A stretch of DNA of 64,000 bases from Mantamonas sphyraenae STR306 (Eukaryota; Protista; CRuMs). This document shows positions 34,101 through 47,900 of the stretch, piece by piece. Both the position numbers and the translations under genes were made by a program. Positions within the stretch are counted from its first letter, which is position 1; every line of letters begins with the position of its first letter. The notes below the pieces were generated by a model, which ran no database searches, was not told the origin of the DNA, and saw only the letters and a list, made by a program, of their open reading frames with translations. The DNA lies in assembly GCA_026936335.1 (NCBI GenBank), contig JAPMXV010000074.1, positions 1 to 64,000 of the forward strand, in the 5' to 3' direction.

Positions 34101-37100
34101 CGGCCAACGCCCTCACGCTCAAGACTCTCAGCGAGCTGGAGACCACCATTGCCTGGATGGGTGGCTGGAGCGCCGCCACGCTCATCAAGAGCTTCCCCAT
34201 CTCCAAGGAGGAGCAGGAACTGTCCAGCCACCTCAAGAACACCCTGCTCAGCGGTGGCTTTGAGGAGCAGGAGCAGTCCTCCGGCCCGCCTAAGCTCTCG
34301 CGCACCCAGAGCGTCATCTCCGAGGTCGACACCTTCCTCGGCGACTTTGTGGACAACGAGGACAACGAGTTGTACAACGCCCTCCTCAAGGCCCACCGCT
34401 TCCCCGCCTCGGACCGCCGCATCATCAAGAGCACGCCCGAGGTCACGCACGCGGTGCGTGCCGTCATGGCCACCACCATGAAGATGGACTCGCTCGTGCA
34501 CGCCGCCATCGCCTACACCCACACCCTCGTGGCCGGCAAGAGCGACGAGTGCCCGCAGAGCCTTGTCGACGCCTGGAAGAGCGCCCAGGGCATTGTCGGC
34601 TGGATGATGCACAAGCGCCAGGAGGTCGCCAAGCAGAAGGCCGAAAAGGAAAAGAGTGACCAGGAACGCGAGGCCGAGAACGACGTGCTGGCCACAAACA
34701 ACCACGACGACGCCGTCGAAGAGACAAAGAACGACGGCATCATCTCGTACGCAGAGATTGCGCGAGGCGTCCTCGAGCGCACCGCCTTCCTGCAGCGTTT
34801 TGGCCCGCCGCGCACCACCCCCGACGAGTTTATTCAAAAGAGCTCCCTCGAGCGCCAGCTCAGCGAGGCCGCCAAGGAGGTGGAGATGGCCGAAGGCGAA
34901 GCCGACGCAGCCGCGTCCTCGGGCGACGACGACGCCGCCGCGGGCGCCTCCAAGTGGAAGGTGCTGCGCAAGGCCGTCGCAGCTGCATCCACACTCAAGA
35001 CCATGCTCAACATGCGCTACACCATGGACAAGGAGGGCGCCCACGCCGAAGACAGCGTGCCCAAACAGGTGGTCGACTTTGTGCAGGGCAACACCGACCT
35101 CGAGAAGCTGGAAAAGTTTGTCAAGGTGCACTCCGAGCGCGCTCAGTTCCGCAAGGTCGGCATCGACTGCATGCCCCTCCTGCTCGAAGCCTGCAACAAG
35201 GGCGTTCCCGCCTCCAAGTTCCACTCCCGCAAGGCATCTGTGCTCGCACGCAACCACATCTTGCACGCCTTCACCTCGGCCATGACCCGAACTGACGAGG
35301 AGGAGGATGACGAAGAGGCCTCTGTGGCCCACCCGCTGCACTACCTCGACAGCATCGAGGCCTGCGGCTCCGCCATGGCCTACTCCATTTCCGCCGCCTT
35401 TGAGCGCTTGTTCACAAACATCGTCACCGTGCTCAACGAGATGGCCCGCGAGTACCACAAGAGCGACCTCGACGCCTCGCTGCTCAGCTTGGCCCTCAAC
35501 GCGACCGCCGTGGACTTTTCCCACTACGACAACCGCATCCTGGCTCAGAACAGCGTGGCCGACGTCCTGCTGCAGTTCTTCAACTTTGACATGCTGCGCG
35601 ACTCCATGGAGCGTTTCGACCGTCGCAACAAGGAGATCGACGAGCTCATCAACGCCAACCTCAGCAACGCCGACTTTGTCGAGCCCGAGAACGAAGTCAT
35701 GGACGAGCTCATGCGCCGTCGCAACACTTCCAAGCTGGCCATTTCTGCCTTTAAGCAGATGGCTCTGCAGAGCCTGCGTCCTGTGCCTGGCCGCCTGGAC
35801 AGGAACGCCATGATGCACACCCAAGCCGTGCGGGAAGGTCTGTTCAACGTGGCCATCGGCGAGGTGCAGCACGTCGTCGACGTCATGCACGCCTCGGACA
35901 CGGCTGTGTTTACGCCCATCAACGACGTGGACAACGCCGAGTGCCTCGTGGCCGCCCAGATCAACCTCAGCGAGGATGGCACGCCGGGTCTTGTCGTGCC
36001 CCACATCCAGACCCTGGGCAAGGTGTTTACCATTTCCCTCTGGGTCTTCCCCAACGAGGTCGACGGCGTCAACTATCTGTTCACCAACGGCCAGGACGTC
36101 GACGTCAAGCAGATCCTCGAGGCCTACGTCAGCGCAGACGGCGAGAACTCGCACGTCCACTTCACCGTGCAGACCATGACGGTGGAGAGCACAAGCAACC
36201 TGCCCACGCGCCAGTGGACCCATCTGGCCTTTACGCGCGCCGAGGACGGCTCGCTCAGCATCTACTTCAACGGCAAGCTGGACGCTTCGGTTGATCCCGA
36301 GAGCGCGCTGCCCGTCGTGCGCCCTGCGCCCGCAGCAGCCGCAGCCGCAGCCGCACCGGCTCCTTCTGCCGAAGGCGCTGGTGACGAGGCCGTCACCCTT
36401 GGCGAGGACGGCATGCCCGTGGAAGCGGCCGAGCCCGTCGCCGAAGCGGCCGCTCCAGCCGCCCCTGCTCCCGAGGAGGAGGACGACGAGGAGCAGGGTC
36501 ATGAGATCTCGCCGCTGGAGAACAACCACCCGTTCTACATTGGTCAGGTGGACGCCAACAAGCGAGGCCTGTCCAGCTACGTCACGTCCATGTACGTGCA
36601 CTACGGCCGCGACCTGAACGCAACCCAGCTGGAGGGCATCTGCAGCGGCGCCACGCTTGCAGAGCCCAACGAAGTGCTTCTCAAATTGGCCACAGGCCAC
36701 ATCAACATGCTGCTGGGCATCCTCAACATGTACCTGCCGTTTGAGCACGGCAAGAAGCTGCTGTCGCAGCCCGCGTGCGTCAAGCTGCTGCTTCCGCTGC
36801 TGCTCAGCCGCTTCAACCAAATCGACACCCTTGGCGATTCGCTGCAGACCTCGTACTCGCTCGTTGGCTTGTGCAACCACTTGCTGCCTGCCCTCACGCC
36901 AGAGTTTGTCGACGAGATCTTTGCCCAGACAGACCTGGCCAAGACCTCGCACCGTGATTCGCTGGTGACCTTTGTCATGGATCGCATCGGTCAGGCTCTT
37001 GCCGACCCTGTGTACGAGTACAGCGCCGAGTCGGGCAAGCAGGACGCAAGCGCGGCCTGGTCCCTGCCCAGCGCACGCCCTGCATCGTCCGTGCTCCTCT

Positions 37101-40100
37101 CGCGCGCCGCCGAAATGGTCATGCTGCTGCGCAACCTTGCCCAGAGCGAGCAGTGGGAGGGCCACATCACAGGCAACGTGCACCAGAGCCTGTTGGGAAC
37201 GCCTGCACTTGTCGAGGCGCTCCAGCAGGGCAAGCAGCTCGGCCGCGAGGCCATCTGGGATGTGCTGGCAAGCATGTGCATCATCGGAGGCCACACCGAC
37301 ATCCCGCGCGAAGGCGCACGTGTCAAGGTCACCTCTGAAGCGGTGGTGGACACCGAGGAGGTCACTCGCGTCAAGAACGCAAAGACAGCCCCGCATGCAA
37401 CCATCGTCAGCCTGTCTGGCGACACCGCACGTGTCGTCCTCGACATGGACGCGTTGCGTGTGGTCACCAAGCCCGGCGCGCCCCTGCCCACGCTGCAGGT
37501 GCACACCGAAAAGCTCGTCTGCCTGACCAACGGCACCACGCGCACGCCGTACAGCATGGACCTCACCGACGACCTCGTGCCGGCCTTCCGCTGCCTCATC
37601 GAAACCGACTTTGGCGACTCGATGCCGCTGCTGTTTTCGCTGCTGCGCTCGCTGGGCACACGCGCACTCACCACCATGCTGCAGCGCACAGGCTCCATCC
37701 AGTCGTTCATTGGCAACGACATGCTGCCGCTGCTCATCAACATTGCGCGCCAGCCCACCAAGCTGGCCGTGTTTGGCGATCTCGAGAGCCTGGAGGCGAA
37801 GCTTTATCGCCTCGACGAGCTCGTGTACAACGTGCAGCCCAAGAGCGCTTCGGTGGCCCACTCCCTCGAAGCCTCTGCGTCCAGCTCCTCTTCCATCGAC
37901 GAGGTGCCCTTTGACATTGTCAAGGAGAACACCATGACGTTCACGAACGAGGAGAGCGAGGACGTGTTGGTCAAGCAGCTCGCCAAGTCCTGGCCCATGC
38001 GCGCTGGCTGCTCGTTTGCACGCACCCTGCGCGACGAGGAGGAGCAGCACTCGTACGAGTGCCTCACCTGCCATCTCAGCACCGTGTGCTCCAGGTGCGT
38101 CAAGGTCTGCCACGCCGGACACGACATCCTCTACACGGGTGTCCTGACCATGTTCTGTGGCTGTGGCCAGGGCATCACCGAAACCGCCCACCAGACCTGT
38201 CAGGCCATGAGCTACGATTATGTCGAGTTCAAGGTCAACGCCCTGCCCGAGGGCGCCCAGATCTGCCTGGGTCTCAGCTCCAAGCTCAGCAACCGCAAGA
38301 AGAACAAGGCCAACACAGCCGACACCAAGGACGACTCGGCCACCACCAACGTGACCACGTTCCTCATCGAAGACCCCGAAAACATGGACAACGACGCCGA
38401 GGAGGAGGACGACGACCGCCTGGCCGTCATGTATGCCAACAGCGGCTCGATCGTGACCACCGACGCAAAGACGACTCACATCGACGCGCTCAACATCGAT
38501 GATCTGGCCACGGACAAGAAGAGCAACCTCGAGGGCTTTGGCGCGGGCGACGTCATCGGCGTGGGCCGACGCTACGAGAGCACCGACCTGTTCATCACCA
38601 AGAACGGCAAGTTCCTGGGCACACCCTTTGACTCGCCGTCGGGCGACATGAACCCGACGGTGTGGCTGTACAAGGGAGCTAAGGCGGCCGACGTGAGCGT
38701 TGTGCAGGACCACACGCAGTTTGTGTTTGACGTCGAGTCGCCCATCCCGGAGATGGAGAAGGCCATCGACGTCGTGTCCACAGGCACTCTGTTTGCAGGT
38801 GTGATCACGCTGCCCGCCGAGTTTGGCGGCATCTCGCCGTTGATGGTGCGCGTGGAACAGCGCGCCAAGAAAGAGTTCACAGGCACGATGTACATCCCGT
38901 CGCTGCAGGTGGAGTCCAAGATCAAGGGCCACGTGTCGGGCTTCGACAAGGTGGAGTTTGACGAAATCAGCTCCACGGCCAAGGGCGAGGACTGGCCCGT
39001 GCCCAACACCTACGAGGCCACTGTCAAGGGTGAGCTGCTCACGGGCGTGTGCACCACCAAGGGCGACGCCAAGTTTGAGCTGCACCGCCGCGAAGGCGAC
39101 ATGAGCGCACAGCTGGTCAACGGAGCATACATCGACCTGGGCATTGCCACGCTGGATCTGGCCGGCAAGATCACCATTGAGACGTGGATCACCATGGAGG
39201 ACCTGGCCAAGGACAAGACCAGCTACGTGGTGTCGCACCGCAACGCAACCGAAACCGAGATGTTTGTGCGCATCCGCAACGGCTTCTACGAAGCCGGCTC
39301 GGTGGATGCCGAGGCAGGCGAGGAAGAGACGTGCATTGCACGCTACGAAATCCCCGCCAGCGATGTGGGCAAGCCCGTGCACCTGGCCGCCGTGTTTGAC
39401 GAGGTCAAGTGGGTGTTGTACCGCAACGGTGCCATGGTGAACAGCGCAGCCGCGCTTCCCAACACGGCCGGCGTGGCTAGCAACGAGGGCAAGTGCGCCC
39501 TGTTGCTGGGCAACCACGTGAGCACACGCGGAGCGGAAGCAGGCGAGGCCAGCGCGGCCGCCACGGCCTTTACGGGCTTGGTGGATGAACTGCGCGTATG
39601 GAACGTGGCGCGTTCGGGCGAGGAGGTGCAGCAGAACTACCGCGGCTCGTTGGACGGCACCGACGATCAGCTGAACCTGCTCTGGAAGTTTGCCTGCCCG
39701 GCCTCGGGTCTGGTGTTTGATTCGTCGGCCAAGAAGAACCACGGCAAGCTGCGCGGCGATGTGACGTTTGTGCGCTCGAGTGTGAAGCGCGCCTCGGGCG
39801 GATGGACGTACCGCCTGTCGGAGACGATGAAGAACCAGCAGCTGGAGGTGAGCAACAACCGCTCGACGCTGACGCACACGAGCAACTACTGCTGGGCCAC
39901 AGCCATGGGTGAGAACGTGTTCCGTGGCGGCAAGCACAAGTGGAAGGTGACCGTGGACAAGCTGTCGACCACCAACAACAACCTGATGATTGGCGTGTGC
40001 GAAAAGGGCATGGAGAACGAACTGAGCAGCTATGTGGGAGGCTCGTACAGCACCATGGGCTGGTCGTTCTACGGCTGCAACTACGCATACAGCTACCACC

Positions 40101-43100
40101 GCGGATCGTGCACCAACTACGGCAAGGCGGTCAAGGAGGGCGACGAGGTGATTGTGGAGCTGGACCAGGACGCACAGACCATCCGCTTCTGGCTCAACAA
40201 CGAGGATCTGGGCATTGCGTACGACAATGTGACGTCCAAGGAGCTGTACCCGGCCGTGTCCATGTACATGAGCGGCGACAAGGTGACGTTCAAGGCTCTG
40301 GGTGGCGGCAGCGGTTCCTCGGGCAAGTCCATCATGACGTACGAGCAGAAGCTGGCTGCGTGCATCGAGCACTTTGCCACTCTGGGCTACAGCGAGGACA
40401 AGGCCCTGCAAGCTCTGGAAGAGACCAACGACATCGTGCACCGCGGCCTGCGCCCCGCCAGCGAGCTGTCGTTGGACATGGTGGCAGCCACCCAGTGGCT
40501 GCTGGACAACGCCTCTGTCGAGGCAGATGTCAAGGGCAAGGGCAAGGTTGCCGCAAGCAGCAGCAGCAGCAGCAGCAGCGGCGGCGGCGACGTCGTCACA
40601 GAGGAAGATGTGGAGGCGGCCAAGGCAAGCGCCGACGAGGTGGACGCGATTTCGTTGCCGTCGGGCCAGAGCGGAGGTGCGCTGGAGGTGCTGGACGCAG
40701 TGGAGGAGAACGCCGAGACACGCGAGAGCAAGGTCCAGACGATCTCGCGCAGCGTGACCATCGGTGGCCCCGAGTGGCAGTTTGTGCTCTCCACGCAGTA
40801 CGGACACGTGCACGAGAGTCTGACGATCCTTAACGCACGCCGTGCGTACCTGTCGTTGTTGCAGCACTGGCCGACGGAGCGCGAGCTGAGTCTGGCCACC
40901 CTGGGTGGAGCCGACGTCTTTGAGCCTCTGCTGCGCCTTTTCGCAGCGGCCCAGGCCAACATTGTCAAGCTGTCGCACGACACCGAAACGCGCGACGCCA
41001 ACGCAGCCCTCACCGAGACGGATGTGGATGTGAACCGCAAGCCGCTGGATGTGCTGAAGAAGGCCATGGCCACGGTGCTCAGCAGTGAACAAGCAAGCAC
41101 CGAGGGCGCCAAGCCGCTGACCGACCTGCTGAACAAGCAGGCTCTGGGCCAGCTGCTGGGTTCGCTCGTGCACCAGGAGCAGACGCCGGAAGACCCGAAC
41201 GCAGATGCGGACGAGGATGTGGCGCCGCTTGTGAACGACCGCGAAGCGCTTCTGCAGCCCAACGTCGAGCTCGCGTGCTGGCTGCTGGAGCTGTTGCTGA
41301 AGGAGGACGCCCTGCGCGACCAGGACGTGCAGTCGACAGTCACCGTACTGTTTGACTACCTGCAGGAGGCCTCGGGCGACCTCGGCCCGCGCATGATCAA
41401 GATCCTGCATGACATCCTGAACCTGACCAACGCCAAGCTGGACATGACGCCCATCAAGGCACTCACGGCCACGATGGTGCAGATGAAGCGCGAGCAGGTC
41501 GGCAACACGCCCAGCTTCACGCTGCAGCTGCTTGTCGAACTGCTGCTCGGTGCACGCCGCTATCAGGCGCGCATCGGCATGGAGGAGGATGCCACGCGCG
41601 TGGTCAAGCCTGTGCCTGCAGGCGACGACGCGAAGGACACCAAGGACACCAAGGGCAAGGGCAAGGCAACGGCGAGCGCCGAAGAAGACAGCAAGGATAC
41701 CAAGGGCGACAAGGAGGAGGAGAAGATGTCGAGCGAGGACATTGACAAGTGGTTCAACGACTTTGTTCGCAGCGCCGAGGTTCTGCACTCTCTGGTGAGC
41801 CAGGAGAAGCTGCCCGAGATGTTTATGGCGCGCTGTCTTGTGCGTGCGCTCGGCTCGCGTGGCCAGCTGACGTACGAGAGCGAACATCCGTACCACAAGC
41901 GCACCAAGAACAAGCGCGTCAACATCCCGCACGCGACTGCGGTGCGCGTCACGGTGGACCCGCGCACAAAGATGGGCAACAACGAGTTTCTCGCCTTTGC
42001 CGAGGACGAGGCGTGCACCAAGGTGCTGGCCATCCACCAGAACACGGAGGCGGACGAAAAGAAAAACAAGGACGAGAAGAAGAAGGACGTCAAGTTTACC
42101 TTCAACAAGGGCAGCGTGTACATCTTCTTCCCGGTCAAGGCGTCGTTCCTGTTTGACAAGAGCAAGACCAGCTCCAACCTGGACCTGAGCAAGGACAACA
42201 TGACGGTGACGATGACTTCGTCGTACTCGTGGTCATCCGTGCTGTGCAACCGCGTGATCCCGAACAGCGGCACCACGCACTTTGAGATTGTGTGCAACAA
42301 GGTGCGCTACGGCAACATTGCCGTGGGTCTTGGCGGCCCGAACCACGCCACGTCTGTGCAAGTGGGCTCGTACTCGTCCGACGGCTACTGCTTGATGTTC
42401 AACGGCACCAAGTATCAGCGTGGCGCAAGCAGCAACTACTGCAAGAGCGTGCGCGAAGGCGACGTGGTGGGCGTGGACATCAACATGGACGAAGGCGTTG
42501 TCCACTTCTCTGTCAACGGCAAGGACATGGGCAAGGCCTTCAGCGGCCTGAAAAACGCGGAGCTGGTGCCTATTGTGACGCTGTACGACGAGGAGGACAG
42601 CATCACACTGCGTGGTATCGGCGGCAAGGACTCGATCATCAAGGGCCGTGGCACGAGCAACAAGTGGGGTTACGCCGCGAGCGTGACGCCGCTGGACTTT
42701 TCCGAGGAAGGCGCAGAGATCTTGCGCCGCAAGCACAAGGATGAGTTTGACGCATTTGTGGAGCGCCACCAGGCGTTTACGCTGCAGCAGGACCAGCAGC
42801 TGATGGACTGCATCACGGCTTGGTCCAAGAAGAAGGACAAGAAGCCGATGGAGCTGGAGTTTGACGAGTTTGAGCCTGAGGAGCCGGACCTGATGCCGTA
42901 CCGTGCGATCAGGTCGGGTGTGGACCTGGACGTGCTGCGCGAGCGCATGATTGTGCTGCAGCGCTTCAACAAGCGCATGCCCGAGTTCCTGCAGCTGGTG
43001 GACTTTTCGAAGCTGCAAGACGCCGAGTCGATTGCAAAGGAGGTGACGCTTGCGCGCGGTCTGATTCTGCAGAGCGTGAAGCAGAGCATCTGGAGCGCGG

Positions 43101-44296
43101 CGCTTGCGTCGACGCAGGGCTCCGGAAGCGGGCCGTCGTTCTCGATCAACCGCCACCGTGCGGCAAAGCTGATTGGCACCGACCCGTCGGACGAGAACCT
43201 TGAGAAGAGTGTGTTTGGTCAGATTTGCAAGGCTGTGAACAACGTGGCGCCGAAGCAGCTGCGCCCGAAGCCGTCGCGCAGCGCGTGGACGGTGGCCTTT
43301 GAGGGCGAGAGCTCGATTGATGCTGGTGGACCGTACCGTGAGACGTTTTCGCAGTGCATCCAGGAGATCCAGCAGCCGCACATGCCGCTGCTTCGCAAGA
43401 CGCCGAACGGCGTGCTGAACGTGGGTCTGAACCGTGACAAGTTCATCCCGAACCCTGCGCTGACGAGCGAGACGCACATGGGCTACTTTACGTTCCTCGG
43501 CAAACTGGTGGGCATTGCGCTGCGCACGAGCGCAACGATTGAGCTGAACATGCCGTCGCTGTTCTGGAAGCAGCTGATCAACTTCAAGGTGGGCCGTGCC
43601 GATCTCGAGGCGATTGATCAGATGGCCATCCAGTGCAACGAGTCGATTGTGAACATTGACAAGAAGGGCGTGACGGCGGAGGTGTTTGAGGATGTGATTG
43701 AGGAGCGCTTTGTGACGCGCAACAGCGCGGGCGAGGAAATCGAGCTGATCCCGAACGGCTCGATGGTGGCGGTGACATTTGAGAACAGGCACGAGTACGT
43801 GAAGCTGTCGGAGGAGGCGCGCCTGCGCGAGTTTGAGCCGCAGATGAAGGCGATCCGCCACGGTCTGGCTACGATTGTGCCTGCGAAGCTGCTTCAGCTG
43901 TTTACGTGGAGCGAGCTTCAGGAGCGCGTGTGCGGTATTCCGGACGTGGACCTCGTGCTGCTGCGCAAGGTGACGCAGTACAGCGGCTACAAGCCGGACA
44001 GCGAGACGGTGCAGATGTTCTGGCAGTGCATGGAGAGCTACACGCCCGAGGAACGTCAAGATTTCCTGCGTTTCGTGTGGGGCCGCTCGCGCATGCCGCT
44101 GACCATCGAGGAGATGAACCAGCAGCAAAACCCGCGCTTCATCCTGTCGACGGCGGTGCGCAACTCGAACCAGGCGCTTCCGGAAAGCCACACGTGCTTC
44201 TTCCAGCTGGATCTGCCGAGCTACAGCACGTACGAGATCATGCGTGAGCGTCTGCTGTACGCGTTTACCAACTGCCGTGCCATCGACAACGATTAA
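28163..44296 (+). CDS. Giant HECT E3 ubiquitin ligase (~5150 aa) with SPRY x4, malectin, LamG/ConA-like x2, UBR-type zinc finger, UBA-like and C-terminal HECT domains
   Basis: Exons 28163-28334, 28403-28577, 28918-29007 and 29293-44296; all introns are GT-AG and phase-compatible, and splicing rebuilds an N-terminal SPRY domain. HECT motifs FEGESSIDAGGPYRE, FLRFVWGRSR and LPESHTCFFQLDLPSY. Confidence 0.95.
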
Positions 44297-44950
44297 AGGC
44301 GTCGCGCAGTTGCCGAGCACGCAATCACTGCTCAGAGTGCGGCGATGTGGTGGAATCGAGAGGACGGATGGGAGGTGAGGGGCCACGTCTGCGTGGTGGA
44401 TTGTGGACATTGTGGTGTGGTTTCAGTCGCAGGGGGGACTTGTCGATGCACAGGTGCGGTCAGAGGAGGCAGCTGCCTGTGCAAGATGGACCCCGTGCGC
44501 TTCATACGTGTGTCTGGTGACGGATGGTGACCTGTCCGTTTTTCTGCCGAGGAGAATGGCTTGTGGTCAGTGCCCAACGCATGAGAACTGTGACTTTGCG
44601 TGAGGCCCGCCCTGAGGAGAGGGCTGGGTTCTCCCTGTTTGGGTTCTCGACAAGGGCACGCGCAACCATGGCAGAAAACAAAGGACAGAACCAACGACGA
44701 CACTGCGCGAACGACATCGAGGAGGATGTTGTGCGCGCGTGAGTGAGACGCATAGATGCATCGAGGAGGATGGATCTGTGCGGTTTCTGGCCTGCACACA
44801 CGACACACACGACACACACGAAACATACAACAACGACACAAAAAGCACACGTTGGCGTGAAAACTCAACCGGTCATCCGAGACTCCCCGAGACACCGCTG
44901 AGCCGAGACCCGAAAAATGAAAACGCTGCTCGACCCAAATCATCATCACA

Positions 44951-47900
44951 ATGAAGTGTAGCACGTGCAAGCTGGTGTTCTCCTCGGCAGAGGCACTGGC
45001 GAACCACAAGGCGAATTTCTGCGGAGGTGGGACGCTGAACAGCACGTATCTGGCGTCGCCGCCGTCGTCATCTCCGCCGACCTCGCCTCGGGCGCTCGTA
45101 GGCAACCCTCGGCGGGACATGAGTCTGGCCGAGCTGAGGGAACAGTATCAGACGAAAACAAGCAAGGCAGACGTGGAGCGGCGTGTCAAAGAAAGCCAAG
45201 AGCAGCAGATGGCGGATGAACTGGTGAAGTTCAGAAGCGAGCAGCGGCGAATACGCGAAGCACGCGAGGCCGAGGAAGCAAGGCTGCTGGCGGAGTTGAA
45301 GGAGCTGGAAGCGCAAAAAGCAAAGCAATTGAAGGAAACAATGGAGAAGCTGGAGCTGCAGCAGGGACTGGCAGAGCTGGACCCGAGCAAGCTGGCGGAG
45401 CTGAATCGGGCAGCGTCAACTTCGCTTCGGGAGCTGCAAAGGCGCAGAGACGAGCTTCGAGCGGAAGAAGAACGCATGCTGCAAGACTTGGAGGGAATGG
45501 AGGCGTCTGCACGAGGCGAACAAGTGGCATACCAAAGGAGTGTGGGCTACGGGGCAGGCGGCGCGTTGACAAAAACGGCCGGAGACGCGCGGCAAACGGA
45601 GGAGCACGCACGGACGACGGCAGCGCTGAGCCAACAGCGCATGGCGCTGGAGGCACAAAGAATGGAGGTGCTGCACAAGTTGGCCAACCTTGGCGCGGAT
45701 GGGGCCATGGAGGAGCTGGACAGCACGTGGGAAGAAGCAGAGATGGACGAGCAGGCGGCGCGCCTGGAGTCGCGACGGCTAAAGATGGCGCAAGACGTGG
45801 ACGAAGAGGTGGCATACGTACGCGAAACCAGCCGCATGTTGCAGGCGATGCGTCCGGAGCATCTGGGGGAAGACGAGCAGGATGTAGACGGGACACGCGC
45901 CGCACGAGCCAAGTACGACATGCTGATGGACAGCATCGACGAAGTGCAAAAAACAAGTCAGGAAGCCATGGCGGGTGTGATGACAATGGGAGTGCGAGCG
46001 TCGACACACGAACAGCGCAAATTGGCGCAACGGTACGAGCAGGAGCGTCAGGCGTTGCAGCGTGAGCGTGCTGCACTCCTTAAAGAAAAGCAGCAGGCCA
46101 AACGGCAAAAGTCCAAGCAGGCAGCAACACAAGCGCAGATGGACAGCCGAGCGCGTGAACTGAGCAAACTGGAGCAAAAGCTGGGCCACGAGTACCAGGT
46201 CAAGCTGCTGAACGCAAAGTACGGTCTTGCAGAGCATGAAGAGGACAGCCAGGATGATGATGAGCAGGGTGAAGGCGATGACGAGGAGTACGACGAGGAC
46301 ACAGGCACGCAGCACCAGCAACACATGGACAGCCCTTCGCCACACCGTTCTCCAGAGGCCCACGTGCAAGCGCCTCAGCCAGCACAGAGCCATCGTCACC
46401 GCACGGGGCGCAGAAGCAGAGTGCAATACGAAGAGGTGAGCGGATACGAGCAGCGACGGCCGCAAGCACGGTCGCGGTCGCAGCAGAGTCACACGACGAC
46501 CATGTTGCAAGAAATCACGGGCGAAATCAATCTGTTGAAGCAGATGTACATGGAGAACCTGGAACAAGGGCGAGAAGACGAAGACATCCTGCAGATGATT
46601 GATGACCTGGAGCAGGAGGCGGCACTGCTGATGAATACGAGCTCAAACAGTGGGTACGGGCAACCGCAGCATGAGCACCATCTCCTGGACGCCAGACAGC
46701 ATGCATTCTCATCCATGGATCGGAACGGTACTGTGCAGGCATCACCGAGCAGCAACCCGATGCTTGCTCAAATCCAGAAGCAGGTGCAGGAGACGCAGTC
46801 CATGCTCGAGGCGTTTGAGGAGGAAAACCGCAGGCTGCAGGCAGAGATGGACAGTCTGGCGAGTCAGAGGCAGCAGGAACGGCTTGCAGAGCAGCAGCGT
46901 GGAATCGACCGCACCATGCAGAAGCTGGTGTCGCTGCTCCCGGCAGCAGGGGGTCAGTTTGCCATGCAGGGTGCAAGCGCAGGGGGTCTGAACAGCACGG
47001 GGCTGCAGGACAGTGCTTCGGCAGGAATGGTGTCGACTCAGCCATTGGGCCCCGAAGACGAAGAGCTAGAGCAGCTGCGTGTGCAACACAAGCGGGAAAT
47101 GGCCAGGCTGCAGTTTGAGAAGGAGCTGATGCAACAAAAGGCAGAACTGGCGCGTTTGCGCAAGGCGGCGCAGGAGGAAGAGGAAAAGGAAAAGGAGGAA
47201 AAGGAGAGGGCGCAGTGGATCCAAGAACAGAAGCGCAAGGTGATCGAAGCCAAGGTGCAGGCACAACTTGCGAAAGAGAGGCCACTGCAGGCCCCGAGTG
47301 CCATGTCCATGCATGATACAGAGGCGTACGACTCTGAACAGGGAGTAGGGCTGTTCATGGATTTCGCGGTTGGATTGCCGCGGCGTACGGTTGCGTCGCG
47401 GCTGGTGTACGGATTCTTTGACGAGGGCAAGCGGTTGGACAAGCTGCGCAAGAGCCCGCAAAGCGACACGGCTGCAGAAGGACCCAGTCACAGCATGTGC
47501 GTGTATGCAGCCAAGCAGTGGTACAAACGTGTGCCCAGCTCGTCGGGCTTGCGTTGTGTGATCGAGCTGCAGGATTGTGTGGCACCGGCCACAGGGCCAA
47601 ACAACCCGGCCAAGTACCAATCGCTGGGCTGGACGTCGTTGGCGCTATTTGATGCACGCGAAGGCAACCTCATCGACGGTTTGTACAAATGTCCTGTGTT
47701 CCGGCAGCCTGTGGACGCCGTGGCAGCGGGCAGTGCCGCTTTTGAAAAGCTTGCCCGCGTGCCAAAGATGTTTCTGTATGTGCGCATCGTGCACGGGCGC
47801 CACTACGAGGACGAAAGTGCGCTCGGTGTGTCGCCAGGCAATGCTGGCAACTACAGGGTGCCTTCAGAAATGCGTGCTCTTGTGAATCCTGGCGGAGGTG

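Noticed and set aside
32801-42037. 3078-aa antisense ORF, and similar shadow ORFs such as 9880-13371, 3219-4898 and 60812-62992
   Set aside because: These are reverse-frame shadows of real genes. GC-rich codon usage avoids TTA/CTA/TCA and so removes antisense stops, and the translations have no recognisable motifs.
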